Origin: an uncultured Planctomycetota bacterium
Lineage (GTDB): Bacteria; Planctomycetota; PLA2; JAEUHO01
NCBI GenBank assembly: GCA_963752285.1
Contig: CAVVXN010000002.1
Coordinates: forward strand, 160,001 to 224,000
Direction: 5' to 3'
DNA length: 64,000 bases
The notes under the pieces are model-generated. The model searched no databases. It was not told the origin of the DNA and saw only the letters and a program-made list of their open reading frames with translations. Position 1 is the stretch's first letter. Each line of letters opens with the position of its first letter. Positions 10,012 to 19,735 of this stretch are shown in pieces. The position numbers and the translations under genes were made by a program.

Positions 10012-11322
10012 TCAAGCCTTGAAGTAGTGGGGCTTCCCCTGCAGGCGGGAGGCCAGGGCGTTTCGCGTGTCCACGACGAGACGCGCGTGCTTCGCGATCT
10101 GGTCCCAGTCGAACGCCTTGTGGTCGGTCGCGACGACCACCACGTCCTGCGCGGCGATCGTCTCGGGGTCGAGGTCGAGCGAGACCCAGTCGGCGATGTC
10201 GTGCTCGCGCATCTTGTGGCCGCGCGGGACGTGGGGGTCGGAGTAGCGGACCTCGGCGCCGAGCGCCTTCAAGAGCTCGATCAGGACGATCGCCGGCGAC
10301 TCGCGGACGTCGTCCACGTCGGGCTTGTACGCGAGGCCCAGCACGAGCACCTTCGCCCCCTTGAGCGCCCGGCCCGTCTGGTTGAGTGCGAGCATGGTCT
10401 TCTGGACCACGTAGCGGGGCATCTCGGTGTTGATCTCGCCCGCGAGCTCGATGAAACGCGTCGGCCGCCCGAACTTCCGCGCGACCCACGTGAGGTAGAA
10501 CGGGTCGATCGGGATGCAGTGGCCGCCGAGCCCGGGACCCGGCGTGAACTTCATGAACCCGAAGGGCTTGGTGGCCGCCGCCTCGATCACCTCCCACACG
10601 TCGATCCCCATCGAGTCGAGGATCACCTTCAGCTCGTTCACGAGTGCGATGTTGATGGCCCGGAACGTGTTCTCGAGGACCTTCGCGGCTTCCGCGACCT
10701 CCGCCGTGGACACGAGGTGGACCGACTGGATCGCCGCCCGGTAGAGCTCGTACGCGACCTGGCCGGACGCTTCGTCGATGCCGCCCACGAGCTTCGGGAT
10801 CGTGGAGGTCGTGACGCCCAGGCGACCCGGGTCCTCGCGCTCGGGGCTGTGGGCGAGGAGGAAGTCCTTCCCCATCCGGAGTCCCGTCGCCTCGAGGATC
10901 GGCCCCATGAGGTCGCGCGTCGTGCTGGGGTACGTGGTGGACTCGAGGACGACGAGCTGTCCCTTGCGGAGCGTCTGCGCCACCTGTCGCGTCGAGACCT
11001 CGACGTACGAGAGATCGGGCTCCTGGTGCTCGCCGAGGGGCGTGGGGACGCAGAGGAGGACGGCGTCGGGCTCGCCGAGGCGCGAGAAGTCCCCGGTCGC
11101 CTCGAAGCGTCCGCTGGCCTTCATGCGCTGCGGCATCTCCGGCCCGAGGTGGTGGAGGTACGCCTCGCCCCGGGCGAGCGCCTCGATCTTCCGCTCGTCG
11201 GTGTCGAAGCCGAGCACCCGGAACCCGGCGTCCACGAACGCCGAGGCGAGCGGGAGCCCCACGTACCCAAGTCCCAGGATCCCTACGACGGCGGTCCTGT
11301 CGGCGATCTTCTCGCGGAACAT
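10012..11322 (-). CDS. Nucleotide-sugar dehydrogenase (UDP-N-acetylhexosamine 6-dehydrogenase, WbpA/TviB-like)
   Basis: GLGYVG Rossmann motif, CVPTP, ESTTYP, SPEREDPG, GGHCIPIDP (catalytic Cys), AYKPDVDDVRESP. Confidence 0.93.
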   Translation of the reverse strand: MFREKIADRTAVVGILGLGYVGLPLASAFVDAGFRVLGFDTDERKIEALARGEAYLHHLGPEMPQRMKASGRFEATGDFSRLGEPDAVLLCVPTPLGEHQEPDLSYVEVSTRQVAQTLRKGQLVVLESTTYPSTTRDLMGPILEATGLRMGKDFLLAHSPEREDPGRLGVTTSTIPKLVGGIDEASGQVAYELYRAAIQSVHLVSTAEVAEAAKVLENTFRAINIALVNELKVILDSMGIDVWEVIEAAATKPFGFMKFTPGPGLGGHCIPIDPFYLTWVARKFGRPTRFIELAGEINTEMPRYVVQKTMLALNQTGRALKGAKVLVLGLAYKPDVDDVRESPAIVLIELLKALGAEVRYSDPHVPRGHKMREHDIADWVSLDLDPETIAAQDVVVVATDHKAFDWDQIAKHARLVVDTRNALASRLQGKPHYFKA

Positions 11323-11427
11323 CTCGGTGCTCCCTCCTTCGGAACCCGGGAACATATCCGGAGGCCGGGCACCCGGACCCGTACCGTGGGAGAGCGCGGT
11401 CGGGCCGCCACCGCCTCCGGAGCCATC

Positions 11428-11901
11428 GTGAGCACGAACGAGATCCTGCACCTGACCGTCCGGCCGTCGCGCGCCGACGACGCGGACGTCCTCGCCTCCT
11501 TCAACCTGGCCATGGCCGACGAGACCGAGGGCCTCGCCCTGGTCCCCGAGGTCGTGGCGGAAGGCGTGCGCGGCGTGTTCGCCCGTCCCGACCGCGGCTT
11601 CTACCTCGTCGCCGAGAACGAGGGCGAGGTCGTGGGGGCCCTGATGGTGACCCGCGAGTGGAGCGACTGGCGGAACAGCGACTTCTGGTGGATCCAGAGC
11701 GTGTACGTCCGACCCGATCACCGCCGACGCGGCGTGTTCCGGAGCCTGTACGCGGCCGTTCGCGCGGCGGCGCTGGCCCGCGCGGGCGTCTGCGGCCTGC
11801 GCCTCTACGTCGAGCACGAGAACCGGGAGGCGATGCGCGTCTACGCCGCGCTCGGCATGCGCGAGGCCGCGTACCGGATGTGGCAGGACACGTTCGCCTG
11901 A
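11428..11901 (+). CDS. GNAT-family N-acetyltransferase
   Basis: EWSDWR..WWIQSVYVRPDHRRRGVF, LYVEHEN..A..VY. Confidence 0.9.
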   Translation: MSTNEILHLTVRPSRADDADVLASFNLAMADETEGLALVPEVVAEGVRGVFARPDRGFYLVAENEGEVVGALMVTREWSDWRNSDFWWIQSVYVRPDHRRRGVFRSLYAAVRAAALARAGVCGLRLYVEHENREAMRVYAALGMREAAYRMWQDTFA

Positions 11902-11938
11902 CGCGCGCGCAGGTCGCGCGGCGCGAGGCCCGCCCGGC

Positions 11939-12586
11939 CTAGGCCATGTGCCGCCGGCGCCGCCGCAGCACGAGCCCGACGACCCCGAGCCCCAGCAGCG
12001 CGAACGTCCCCGGCTCGGGCACGGGACTCACGCCCGCGTTGCGGTAGCTGTCGCTCTGGCACTGTGTGCCGATCGCCTGCACGTGGAGCCCGATCGTGTC
12101 GTCGAGCGATCCGTTCGCGAAGCCCGCGGCGAGCTGCGTCCACGTGTGACCGGAGGCGAGATCGAACGTGAAGGTGATCCACTCCGACGCCGTGTCCACG
12201 CCGTTCGGCTCGACCGGAGCGTCGGAGTCCGCGGAATACCCCGTGGAGCCGCCCCAGCCCAGGCCCGGCGGGTGGCCCGGTGTGGCGCCGCTGGAGTACG
12301 CGACGCCGGCCGAGGCCAGGATGGAAGGCGCGCCGTCGAGCCAGGCGTCGTACGTGTCGCGGAAGTAGATGTCGCAGATCGAGGAGCTGATCCCGATCGC
12401 GTTCGAGAACGTGAAGCTCACGGTGCTCAGGTCGCCGTCCACGAGGCACGTGAGCTGGCCGGCGAGGTCCTCGGCGGCGTTCGTCGTGCCGCGCTCGAAC
12501 TGGAGGGTGATCGGCTCGGCCTGGGCCGCCCGGGCCCAGCCGAGGGCCCCGGTCCCGAGGAGCAGCGCGACGGCGCAGATTCGCAT
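11939..12586 (-). CDS. PEP-CTERM sorting domain-containing protein
   Basis: Signal peptide (AQA/EP), IGLHVQAIG, C-terminal VPEPGTFALLGLG + RRRRR; GGAGG RBS. Confidence 0.92.
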   Translation of the reverse strand: MRICAVALLLGTGALGWARAAQAEPITLQFERGTTNAAEDLAGQLTCLVDGDLSTVSFTFSNAIGISSSICDIYFRDTYDAWLDGAPSILASAGVAYSSGATPGHPPGLGWGGSTGYSADSDAPVEPNGVDTASEWITFTFDLASGHTWTQLAAGFANGSLDDTIGLHVQAIGTQCQSDSYRNAGVSPVPEPGTFALLGLGVVGLVLRRRRRHMA

Positions 12587-12634
12587 CCGACCCTCCGAGC
12601 CCGTCCCTCCCCGGGACGGCGACATGTTCAGGAG

Positions 12635-12662
12635 ATATTAACGGGCGCCCAGCCCCCGACAA
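12635..12662 (-). promoter_or_regulatory. Sigma-70-type promoter candidate for the PEP-CTERM gene
   Basis: Minus strand TTGTCG-N16-TAATAT. Confidence 0.45.
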
Positions 12663-12778
12663 TGGGCGGCCGGCGGGCCGTGGATTCGTATCGTGCTAGG
12701 CACGACGCGGCGGGGGCGCTCGGGGGCGGTCCGATCCGGCCGCCCGGGACGGCCCCTCCACGCCGGTCGCGGCGCGGG

Positions 12779-15700
12779 TCAGCGGCCGGCCGCGCGGGTG
12801 CGGGCGCGCAGGGTCTCGACGTACCGGGCGACCTCGTGGTTCAGGGGGTTCAGTCGGGCCACGTGCTCGTAGGCCCGGAGCGCGCCCTCGGCGTCGTCTC
12901 GGAGGTCCGCGGCGGCGCCCACCCGGAACCAGCGGAGGTCGTCGTCGGGGACCCGCTCCGCGTCCTCGAGGAGGACGGGGACGATCGCGTCCAGGAGCGC
13001 CCGGTTCGCCTTCACCCGCTCGTATCCGTCGAGCGCCGTCTGGGCCGCCGCGCGGCGGACCGCCCAGGAGGGGTCGTCGAGGGCCGAGCGGAGCCGGGCG
13101 TCCACCTCGTCCCCGCGCGCGCCCGCCAGCGCGCGCACCGCGCTCCGTCGGATCAGCGAGTCGGGGTCCTCGCTCGCCCGGAGGATCGTCCCGAGCACCT
13201 CCGCCCGCGCCTTCCCCACGTAGCGGCCGAGGAGGAGCGCCGCCGTCGCGCGGGCCTCGCGCGGGGCGGTCTCGTCGTCCACGCCGAGGAGCAGGCCCTT
13301 CCAGGCGTCGTCGTCGCCGCGGCGTGCGGCCGCGATCCGTCCCATCCACGGTCTCGGCCACGTGCGCGCGGGCCACCACGACTCGTACGCCTTCTCGATC
13401 TGGCCGTCGTCGAGACGCGGCACGTCGTCGGGCGCGTCGTAGCCCCCCTGGTGACACCAGGTGCACGCGTCCGTCGTCATGCGGTCGGATCGGAGGCCGA
13501 GGCGCGGGATGCCGATCGTGTGGTCCGCCACCGCGCCGTGCCCTCGTTCGATCGTGAGGAAGGGCATGTGGCACGGGACACACTGCCCGCCCTCGCGCCC
13601 CGGGTCGTGGTGGCTGTGGAGCCCGGCCTCCTCCACGTGCTCAGGATGGCACTTCACGCAGAACGAGCCGTCCTCGGGCGCGTGGCGTAGCAGCGAGCGC
13701 ACCCCGCTCCCGTGCGGCGCGTGACAGGTCGAGCAGGTGAGCCCGCCCTTTCGCGCGCACTGGCTCGTCGCGAGCGGCAGGCCGTCGTAGACGAGCTCGA
13801 GCGCGCGACCCGTGGCGTCCACGCGCTCCGGGTCCACGATCAGGGACGGGTCCTTGTAGTCGTAGAGGTCCTTCTCCGCCGTCCACGGCGGGTCGAGGAC
13901 CTCGCCCTCCTGGTGACAACGGGTGCACGTCGCCGTGCGCCGCGCGAGCGGCAGTTCCTCGAGGCGGGGCATCGCGCGGTCCATCTCGAGCCGCTCCCAG
14001 GCCTCGGCGTGCTTCCTTCCCGGCCCGTGACACGCCTCGCAGTCCACCGCGTACGCGCGCCACACGGAGCGGGGACCCCGGTCCGTCGGCCCCGGGTCGC
14101 GCCACGTACGACCGCTCATGTGGCACACGGCGCACCGCGCGTCCCACGAACGTTCGGGTCCGGTCCAGAACGAGCCGTCTCCGGGGTTCACGACCGGCGG
14201 CGTCATCCAGTCCTTCGTCGGCGCCCCGAAGATCAGCGCGGTGTAGTCGAACCACGAGTCCGTCGGGAGCTCGTACATCGGCGGCAGCACCTGCAGCCGG
14301 CCGTCGTCGAGTCGCGTCACGAAGAACCGCACGCGCAGGTGCCCCGCCACCATCGAGATCGGGTAGCGGTGGACCTCCCCGTCCTCGGCGACGACGTCGG
14401 CGAACCACCGGTCGCCCTCGGCCTCGAACCGCGTCCGACCCGGCGGATGCGACGCGACACCGCCCTCGAGCACCTCGGCGGGCATGTCCGCGGCCGTCGG
14501 GAAGTACGACGTCCTCGCGTGGCTCGACTCGTGCCACGCCTCGTACGCCTGCTTGTGGCACCGCGCGCACCACACGGTGCCCGCGAACTCGCCGCGGTGG
14601 GGGGGCGCCTCGCGCGCGGGGGGCCGGGGCGGCGGCGCCGGGGCCGGGCCGGCCGGCGACCGGTCGAGGAGGACCACGCGCGGCGCGAGGTCCTGGTCGA
14701 GGAGCGCGAGCCGTTTGCCGTCGGCCGAGAGGCGGGCCGCGATCGTGTGCCCGCTCTCGTCGGGGATCCGGCAAAGCAGGCGCCCGTCGGGCGTGTAGAG
14801 CGCCGGCCCGCCGTGCTCGAACGGGAGCGCGAGCAGGAACGAGCCGTCGGGCGCGAAGCGAACGTCCGCGACGGGGTCCGTGGCGCCGCCCATCGTGGCG
14901 AGGAGACGACCGCCGAGGTCGTAGCGGCGCGCCGCGCGGTCGAGGCCGAGCGTCACGACGCTCTTCGCGTCGGGCGCGAACACGACGCGATGGAGCGGCA
15001 TCTCGGGGCCGGCCAGCACGGCCATGGCCCGGCCCGCCTTCGCGTCGAAGAGCCTCGCGGTCTGGTCGAGCGACGCGGTGGCGACGAGCGCGCCGTCGGG
15101 CGAGAAGGCGATGTCCACGACCGGCGCGACGTGGCCGTCGAGACGCGCGACGAGACCGCCGTCCGCGTCGTAGAGCGCGACCGTGTTCCCCGGACCGCGG
15201 AGCGCGAGCCGCGAGCCGTCGGGCGAGAACCACGCGCGGTCCGCACCTCGCGCCGCCTCGTCGTCGAGCGTCGCGACGTCGTCGCCCGCGGCGGTCACGA
15301 GGCGCGCCGTGCCGTCGGGAACCAGCAGCACGATCCGGTCGCCCGCCGGCGACGTCTCGAGGCCCTCGATGTCGTGCCGGTCGCGGAGGTGCTTCGTGCG
15401 CTCGCCCTCGGCCGACCAGAGGATCACCGTGCCGTCGAGCGAGAGGGTCGCGACCACCGGCTGCTCGGCCGTGCCGGCGAAGCGCGCCTCCACGACCTCG
15501 CGCTTGTGGCCGAGGAGCCGCGCGATCTCCCGATTCGCGCCGAGGTCGAAGAGACGTGCGTCCTCGTCGGCCGAGACCGTCACCAGGAGCGGGGGGAAGC
15601 CCCGCGGCGCGACGGCGAGTCGCGACACGGAGTCCAGGTGCCGCCCGAGGAGCCGCTCGGTCTTCCCGTCCGGCGCGAAGAGGCGCACGACGCCGTCGAG

Positions 15701-15892
15701 GCCCGAGGTCACGAGACGCCCGTCCGGACCGGCGAACGCGAGGCAGAGCGTGACGCCGCGCGCGGCGTCCCACGGGAGGGGCTGCGGGCCCGCCTCGTCG
15801 CGGTCGCACGCCGCGAGGAGGAGCGCCAGGAGGAGGGCGGCCCGGCGGAACGACACCAGGAAGGATTGTCGGGCCGTCGCGCGCGGCGGCAA
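12779..15892 (-). CDS. Lipoprotein: WD40 beta-propeller + octaheme cytochrome c + HEAT/TPR repeats
   Basis: Lipobox LLAAC; WD40 repeats (GHVAPVVDIAFSPDGALVATASLDQTARLFD); 8 CxxCH motifs (CARCH, CAVCH, CEACH, CTRCH, CSTCH, CVKCH, CVPCH, CTWCH); HEAT repeats (DPDSLIRRSAVRAL, DPSWAVRRAA); C-terminal TPR. Confidence 0.9.
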   Translation of the reverse strand: MPPRATARQSFLVSFRRAALLLALLLAACDRDEAGPQPLPWDAARGVTLCLAFAGPDGRLVTSGLDGVVRLFAPDGKTERLLGRHLDSVSRLAVAPRGFPPLLVTVSADEDARLFDLGANREIARLLGHKREVVEARFAGTAEQPVVATLSLDGTVILWSAEGERTKHLRDRHDIEGLETSPAGDRIVLLVPDGTARLVTAAGDDVATLDDEAARGADRAWFSPDGSRLALRGPGNTVALYDADGGLVARLDGHVAPVVDIAFSPDGALVATASLDQTARLFDAKAGRAMAVLAGPEMPLHRVVFAPDAKSVVTLGLDRAARRYDLGGRLLATMGGATDPVADVRFAPDGSFLLALPFEHGGPALYTPDGRLLCRIPDESGHTIAARLSADGKRLALLDQDLAPRVVLLDRSPAGPAPAPPPRPPAREAPPHRGEFAGTVWCARCHKQAYEAWHESSHARTSYFPTAADMPAEVLEGGVASHPPGRTRFEAEGDRWFADVVAEDGEVHRYPISMVAGHLRVRFFVTRLDDGRLQVLPPMYELPTDSWFDYTALIFGAPTKDWMTPPVVNPGDGSFWTGPERSWDARCAVCHMSGRTWRDPGPTDRGPRSVWRAYAVDCEACHGPGRKHAEAWERLEMDRAMPRLEELPLARRTATCTRCHQEGEVLDPPWTAEKDLYDYKDPSLIVDPERVDATGRALELVYDGLPLATSQCARKGGLTCSTCHAPHGSGVRSLLRHAPEDGSFCVKCHPEHVEEAGLHSHHDPGREGGQCVPCHMPFLTIERGHGAVADHTIGIPRLGLRSDRMTTDACTWCHQGGYDAPDDVPRLDDGQIEKAYESWWPARTWPRPWMGRIAAARRGDDDAWKGLLLGVDDETAPREARATAALLLGRYVGKARAEVLGTILRASEDPDSLIRRSAVRALAGARGDEVDARLRSALDDPSWAVRRAAAQTALDGYERVKANRALLDAIVPVLLEDAERVPDDDLRWFRVGAAADLRDDAEGALRAYEHVARLNPLNHEVARYVETLRARTRAAGR

Positions 15893-15946
15893 CGTTCGCC
15901 CGCCCGCTGGGGACCTCCCACCGGTTCGCGTCGCCCGTGGCTCTCG

Positions 15947-18016
15947 CTAGAGGAGGTCGAGCAGGGCCGCCACGACCTCGTTCGACGCGAGGTACTGGAC
16001 GGTCCAGCGCGTCTCGGCGAAGGTCGGATGGACCTCCTCGTCTCCGAGCAGGCCGAGGGCCGCGCAGGCCATCGTCCGGTTGAGGTTCGGCTCGTCCTCG
16101 CTCTCGAGGACCTCGATCAGGGGCTTTGCGGCGCGTCCGTCGCCGATCCGTCCCAGGGTGATCGCGATCTGGCCCTTCGTCGCCTGGAGCGGCGTGTGCC
16201 GGAGCTCGCCGATCAGGAGCGCGAGGGTCTCCTCCCGACGGTCGGCCTCGCCGCCGCCGAGCAGACCGAGCGCCGTCGCGGCGCGCATCTGGAGCACGGC
16301 GGAGCGCGGGTCGCGGACCGCCTGGGTGATCGCGTCGATCACCTCGCGGCGTCCGTCGTCCATGAGGCCGAGACCCAACGCGGCGTACGCGCGGAGCTCG
16401 GGCGGACGGTCGGCGTCGGTCAGCCGTGCGAGGAGACGCGACGCGCTGTTCCCGTCGCGCGCGAGCCCGAGCGCCGTCGCGTACGCGGAGAGCGCGACAG
16501 GGTCGCCGGCCTCGCGGTCCCACGCGTCCCGGATGGCGTCGAGCGCCTGGCGCCGAAACGCGTGCCACGCGGCCGTGCGGACCTCGCCGCCCACGGCGCG
16601 CGCGGCGAGGGCCAGCGCGAGCGCCGCGAAGGGCCGCTCCTCCACGCCGCCCTTTTGCAGCGCTGCGAAGAGCGGTCGGTCGGCGTGGCGGTCCACGAGC
16701 AGGTACTCGCCGTCGTGATCGGCCTCCGAGGCGAGCAGCCGGCCCAGCGCGAGCAGGAGGAGGCGACGGCCCGCGGGCTCCTGCTCCTTCGCCAACGCGT
16801 TCACCACCGCGCGGCACAGGAGCCCGCGCGCCGCCGGCTGGCGCTCGCCGAGGCGCGCGGCCGCCATCGCGGCCGCCTGCCCGAAGAGCGCGGGCTCGTT
16901 CCGGGCCAGGAGCGCGGTCGTGACGGCCGGCACGTTCGTCGTGTCGCCCAACTCGGCCAGCGCGAGGAGCGCGTGCGCCCGGACGACGGGCGAGCGCGCG
17001 TTCGGCCAGTCGCGGCCGCGGAGCGCGCACCCTTCGAGCACGAGGCGCACGATGCGCGACGAGAACGCCGGGTCCGTCCGAGCGAGGCCGAGGAGGATTC
17101 CCACCTGCACGTCGTCCGGCAGGTCGTTCGCCGTCCAGGTCTCGAAGAGGCGCGCCACGGTGTGGGGCCCGACCTGGGGATCGGTCGCCGGCTGGTCGGC
17201 GAGGAGGGCGAGGGCCAGCGCCGCGTACGCGCGCGTCGTCGGTCGTTCGCTCTCGCGCCCGAGGACGTCGAGTAGCGTGTCGCGCACGCGGTCGAGGACG
17301 TGCGGCGGCAGGCGGTGGGCGGGGTCGGTGCGTCTCAGGTTCGCGAGGCCGAGCGCCGCCGACTCGCGGAGGTAGGCAGAGACGCCGGACCGCGGCGCGA
17401 GCGCCGCGAGGTGCGGGGCGACGTCGGAAGCCCCGACCGCCATCTTGCCGAGCGCGACGTACGCCGCGGCCTTCGTGTAGAGCCAGTGCTCGTCGGTGTC
17501 CCGGAGCACGCCCTCGAGCGCGCGGAGCACCTCGCGGCGCACGCCGGGCGCGAGCTGCTGCTCGGGCTGTCCGACGTGCGGGCCCAGGGCGTTTCCCACG
17601 CCGAAGACGGGGCTCGTGTCGGTGAGGAGACTCCGCATGCGGATGTCCTCGTAGAGCTCGCGATTCGCCTCGTACCAGTGGACCCACGACGCCGCGCCCG
17701 TCGTGCCCGTGACCCCGCCCCTGGGGATCGCGCGCCGTCCCGTGGAGCCCGGCGGCAACGTCGAGGGGGTGGGCGGCGGCGTAGGGGTCGGGGGCGCCTG
17801 CGGCTCGGCCTCGGGCGGCGTGGGCCTCGCGGGCGCCGCGGGCTCGGGCTCCGTCGGCGTCGCGGGCGCCGGCGTGGCCCCGCGGGCGCTGCCCCCGGAC
17901 CCACCGGTCGCGGAACGACCTCCCCGCGCTTCGGCGTCCGTCGCCGAGAGGAGCGGCAGGAGCGCCAGGAGCGAGGCCGCCAGGAGAAGGACGAAGAGAC
18001 GAGGACGCCGCGGCAT
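15947..18016 (-). CDS. Exported HEAT-repeat protein with an N-terminal Pro/Thr-rich linker
   Basis: AAGGAGG RBS, signal peptide, P/T-rich segment, SWVHWYEANRE motif, many AALALG-type HEAT repeats. Confidence 0.85.
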   Translation of the reverse strand: MPRRPRLFVLLLAASLLALLPLLSATDAEARGGRSATGGSGGSARGATPAPATPTEPEPAAPARPTPPEAEPQAPPTPTPPPTPSTLPPGSTGRRAIPRGGVTGTTGAASWVHWYEANRELYEDIRMRSLLTDTSPVFGVGNALGPHVGQPEQQLAPGVRREVLRALEGVLRDTDEHWLYTKAAAYVALGKMAVGASDVAPHLAALAPRSGVSAYLRESAALGLANLRRTDPAHRLPPHVLDRVRDTLLDVLGRESERPTTRAYAALALALLADQPATDPQVGPHTVARLFETWTANDLPDDVQVGILLGLARTDPAFSSRIVRLVLEGCALRGRDWPNARSPVVRAHALLALAELGDTTNVPAVTTALLARNEPALFGQAAAMAAARLGERQPAARGLLCRAVVNALAKEQEPAGRRLLLLALGRLLASEADHDGEYLLVDRHADRPLFAALQKGGVEERPFAALALALAARAVGGEVRTAAWHAFRRQALDAIRDAWDREAGDPVALSAYATALGLARDGNSASRLLARLTDADRPPELRAYAALGLGLMDDGRREVIDAITQAVRDPRSAVLQMRAATALGLLGGGEADRREETLALLIGELRHTPLQATKGQIAITLGRIGDGRAAKPLIEVLESEDEPNLNRTMACAALGLLGDEEVHPTFAETRWTVQYLASNEVVAALLDLL

Positions 18017-18061
18017 CGCGGTCCTCCTTTCCGGGCGAAGACCGCGCCCGCTTCGTGAGAG

Positions 18062-18077
18062 ATCAAAGCGCGTGCCA
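18062..18077 (-). promoter_or_regulatory. Sigma-54 promoter candidate for the HEAT/octaheme genes
   Basis: Minus strand TGGCAC-GCGCT-TTGAT: perfect -24 element, -12 C>A variant, 45 bp upstream of the ATG. Confidence 0.55.
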
Positions 18078-18152
18078 GGGCGACCCACCGCCCGCGCGCG
18101 GGAAGAAGTCGCCGTCCGTCGCGGTCCTCGTCCCATGCGCCGCCCCGCGGGT

Positions 18153-18179
18153 GGTCACCGCGTGACCGTGCGCGTCACG
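18153..18179. promoter_or_regulatory. Overlapping palindromes, candidate enhancer (UAS)
   Basis: GGTCAC-CGC-GTGACC overlapping CGTGAC-N7-GTCACG, about 75-100 bp upstream of the -24 element. Confidence 0.4.
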
Positions 18180-18290
18180 GAAACGCAACGCCCCGTGGAC
18201 GCGACGACCTATTTCGATGGGACGCGCGGGCGCGGCCGGGGTCGCGTTCGGGAATCGGTACCAACGGGCCGTGGCCCGCGCGCGCCTCCC

Positions 18291-19676
18291 TCAGGCGCCG
18301 TCGCGGTCCCGCGACAGGAGCCGCTCCGCGACCCCCGTGGCCTTCGCGATGCAGTCGGGGACCGAGATCCCGCCGAGCACGTTGCCGTCCAGCACGAGCC
18401 CCGGGCATCGCGCCTCGATCCGCGACGCGAGGTCCAGGACGCGTCCGTGCCCGAGCTCGTACTGCGGGATCGCGCTCGGCCAGCGGCGGATCGCGACCGC
18501 GACGGGGCGGCGCCGGAGCCCGAGCGCGCGGTCGAGGTCCGCGAGGGCGCGGTCGAGGAGCGCGGCCTCCTGGAGGACGACCGCGTCCGGGTCGGTGCGT
18601 CCACCGAGGAACGTCGCGAGGGCCACGTGTCCCTCGGGGGCGCGCCGCGGAAAGATCGACGAGCAGAAGAGGCAGCCGAGGACCCGGAGCCCTTCGCCCC
18701 GCGGCGCGAGGAAGCCGAAGCCGTCGAGCGCGTGTCGCACGTCCTCGCGCCGGAAGCCCAGGGCCAGCAGCGCGACGGGCGCGTAGGGGAGGTCTTGGAG
18801 CGGCGTGAGGTCGAGCGCGGGCCCGGCGTCGGTCTCCGAGGCGAGGGGCGCGAGCATGCGGGCGGCGGCGTCGGCGGGCACCGCGAGCACCACGCGGCGC
18901 GCCGCGACGTCGCCGCTGGCGGTCGTCACCGCGAACCCGTCCGCGGCGCGCCGGACGGCCTGCGCGGCGGTCCCGAGCCGGACGTCGGAGAGACGCTCGG
19001 CGAGCCGATCGGGGAGCGAGGCGAGGCCCGCCTCGAACGTGAACATCTTCCCGCCGGGCTGCGGGCCCTTCCGTCTCGCGACCGCGCCGCGGATCAGACT
19101 CCCGTGCTCCTGCTCGAGCCGATAGAGCTTCGCGACCGCGTGACGCATCGAGAGACGCTCGGGGTCGCCGGCGTACACGCCCGACACGAAGGGGCCCACC
19201 GCGACGTCGAGCACCTCCCGGCCGAGCCGGCGGCGCACGAACGCGCCGACGGTCTCCTCCTCGTCCGGCGACGCGCGGCGCACGAACGGCTCGCGGGCGA
19301 TGCGCCACTTTGCGGCGCTCGTGAAGAGGGACGTCCGGAGGAACGAGACGGGACCGCTCGGGAGCGCGACCAGCCGGCCGCGGCGGTAGACGAATCGGCG
19401 TTTCGCCAGGGGCGACGCCTCGAGGCGCACCGGCTCGAGCCCGACGTCCCGGATCAGGTCGCCGACGGCGGCGCGGCTCTCGAGAACGGTGTTCGGTCCC
19501 AGCTCGAACCGAAACCCGTCCTCGTGCCGCGACGTGATGGCGCCGCCGACGCGATCGGACGCCTCCAGGAGGGCGACCCGTGCGCCGCCCCGCTCCAGGC
19601 GAAACGCGGCCGTCAAGCCGGAGATGCCGCCTCCGACGACGAGGGCGTCGAGCGAATCGGTACGAGCGCGGTCCAT
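18291..19676 (-). CDS. hemG: Protoporphyrinogen/coproporphyrinogen oxidase (HemY-type)
   Basis: GGGISGL FAD motif, EASDRVGG, FELGPNT, SGVYAGDPERLS, AIPQYELGH, GISVPDCI. Confidence 0.93.
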   Translation of the reverse strand: MDRARTDSLDALVVGGGISGLTAAFRLERGGARVALLEASDRVGGAITSRHEDGFRFELGPNTVLESRAAVGDLIRDVGLEPVRLEASPLAKRRFVYRRGRLVALPSGPVSFLRTSLFTSAAKWRIAREPFVRRASPDEEETVGAFVRRRLGREVLDVAVGPFVSGVYAGDPERLSMRHAVAKLYRLEQEHGSLIRGAVARRKGPQPGGKMFTFEAGLASLPDRLAERLSDVRLGTAAQAVRRAADGFAVTTASGDVAARRVVLAVPADAAARMLAPLASETDAGPALDLTPLQDLPYAPVALLALGFRREDVRHALDGFGFLAPRGEGLRVLGCLFCSSIFPRRAPEGHVALATFLGGRTDPDAVVLQEAALLDRALADLDRALGLRRRPVAVAIRRWPSAIPQYELGHGRVLDLASRIEARCPGLVLDGNVLGGISVPDCIAKATGVAERLLSRDRDGA

Positions 19677-19735
19677 GATCGAATCCGAGGCCTTCGGGCG
19701 CCGAGGGTATCCTGAGAAGGTTGGAGGAACCGACC

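Noticed and set aside
12779..14580. Octaheme nitrite reductase or hydroxylamine oxidoreductase call for the multiheme domain
   Set aside because: No CxxCK catalytic heme motif, and the HEAT/TPR context points to the uncharacterised multiheme-TPR type.
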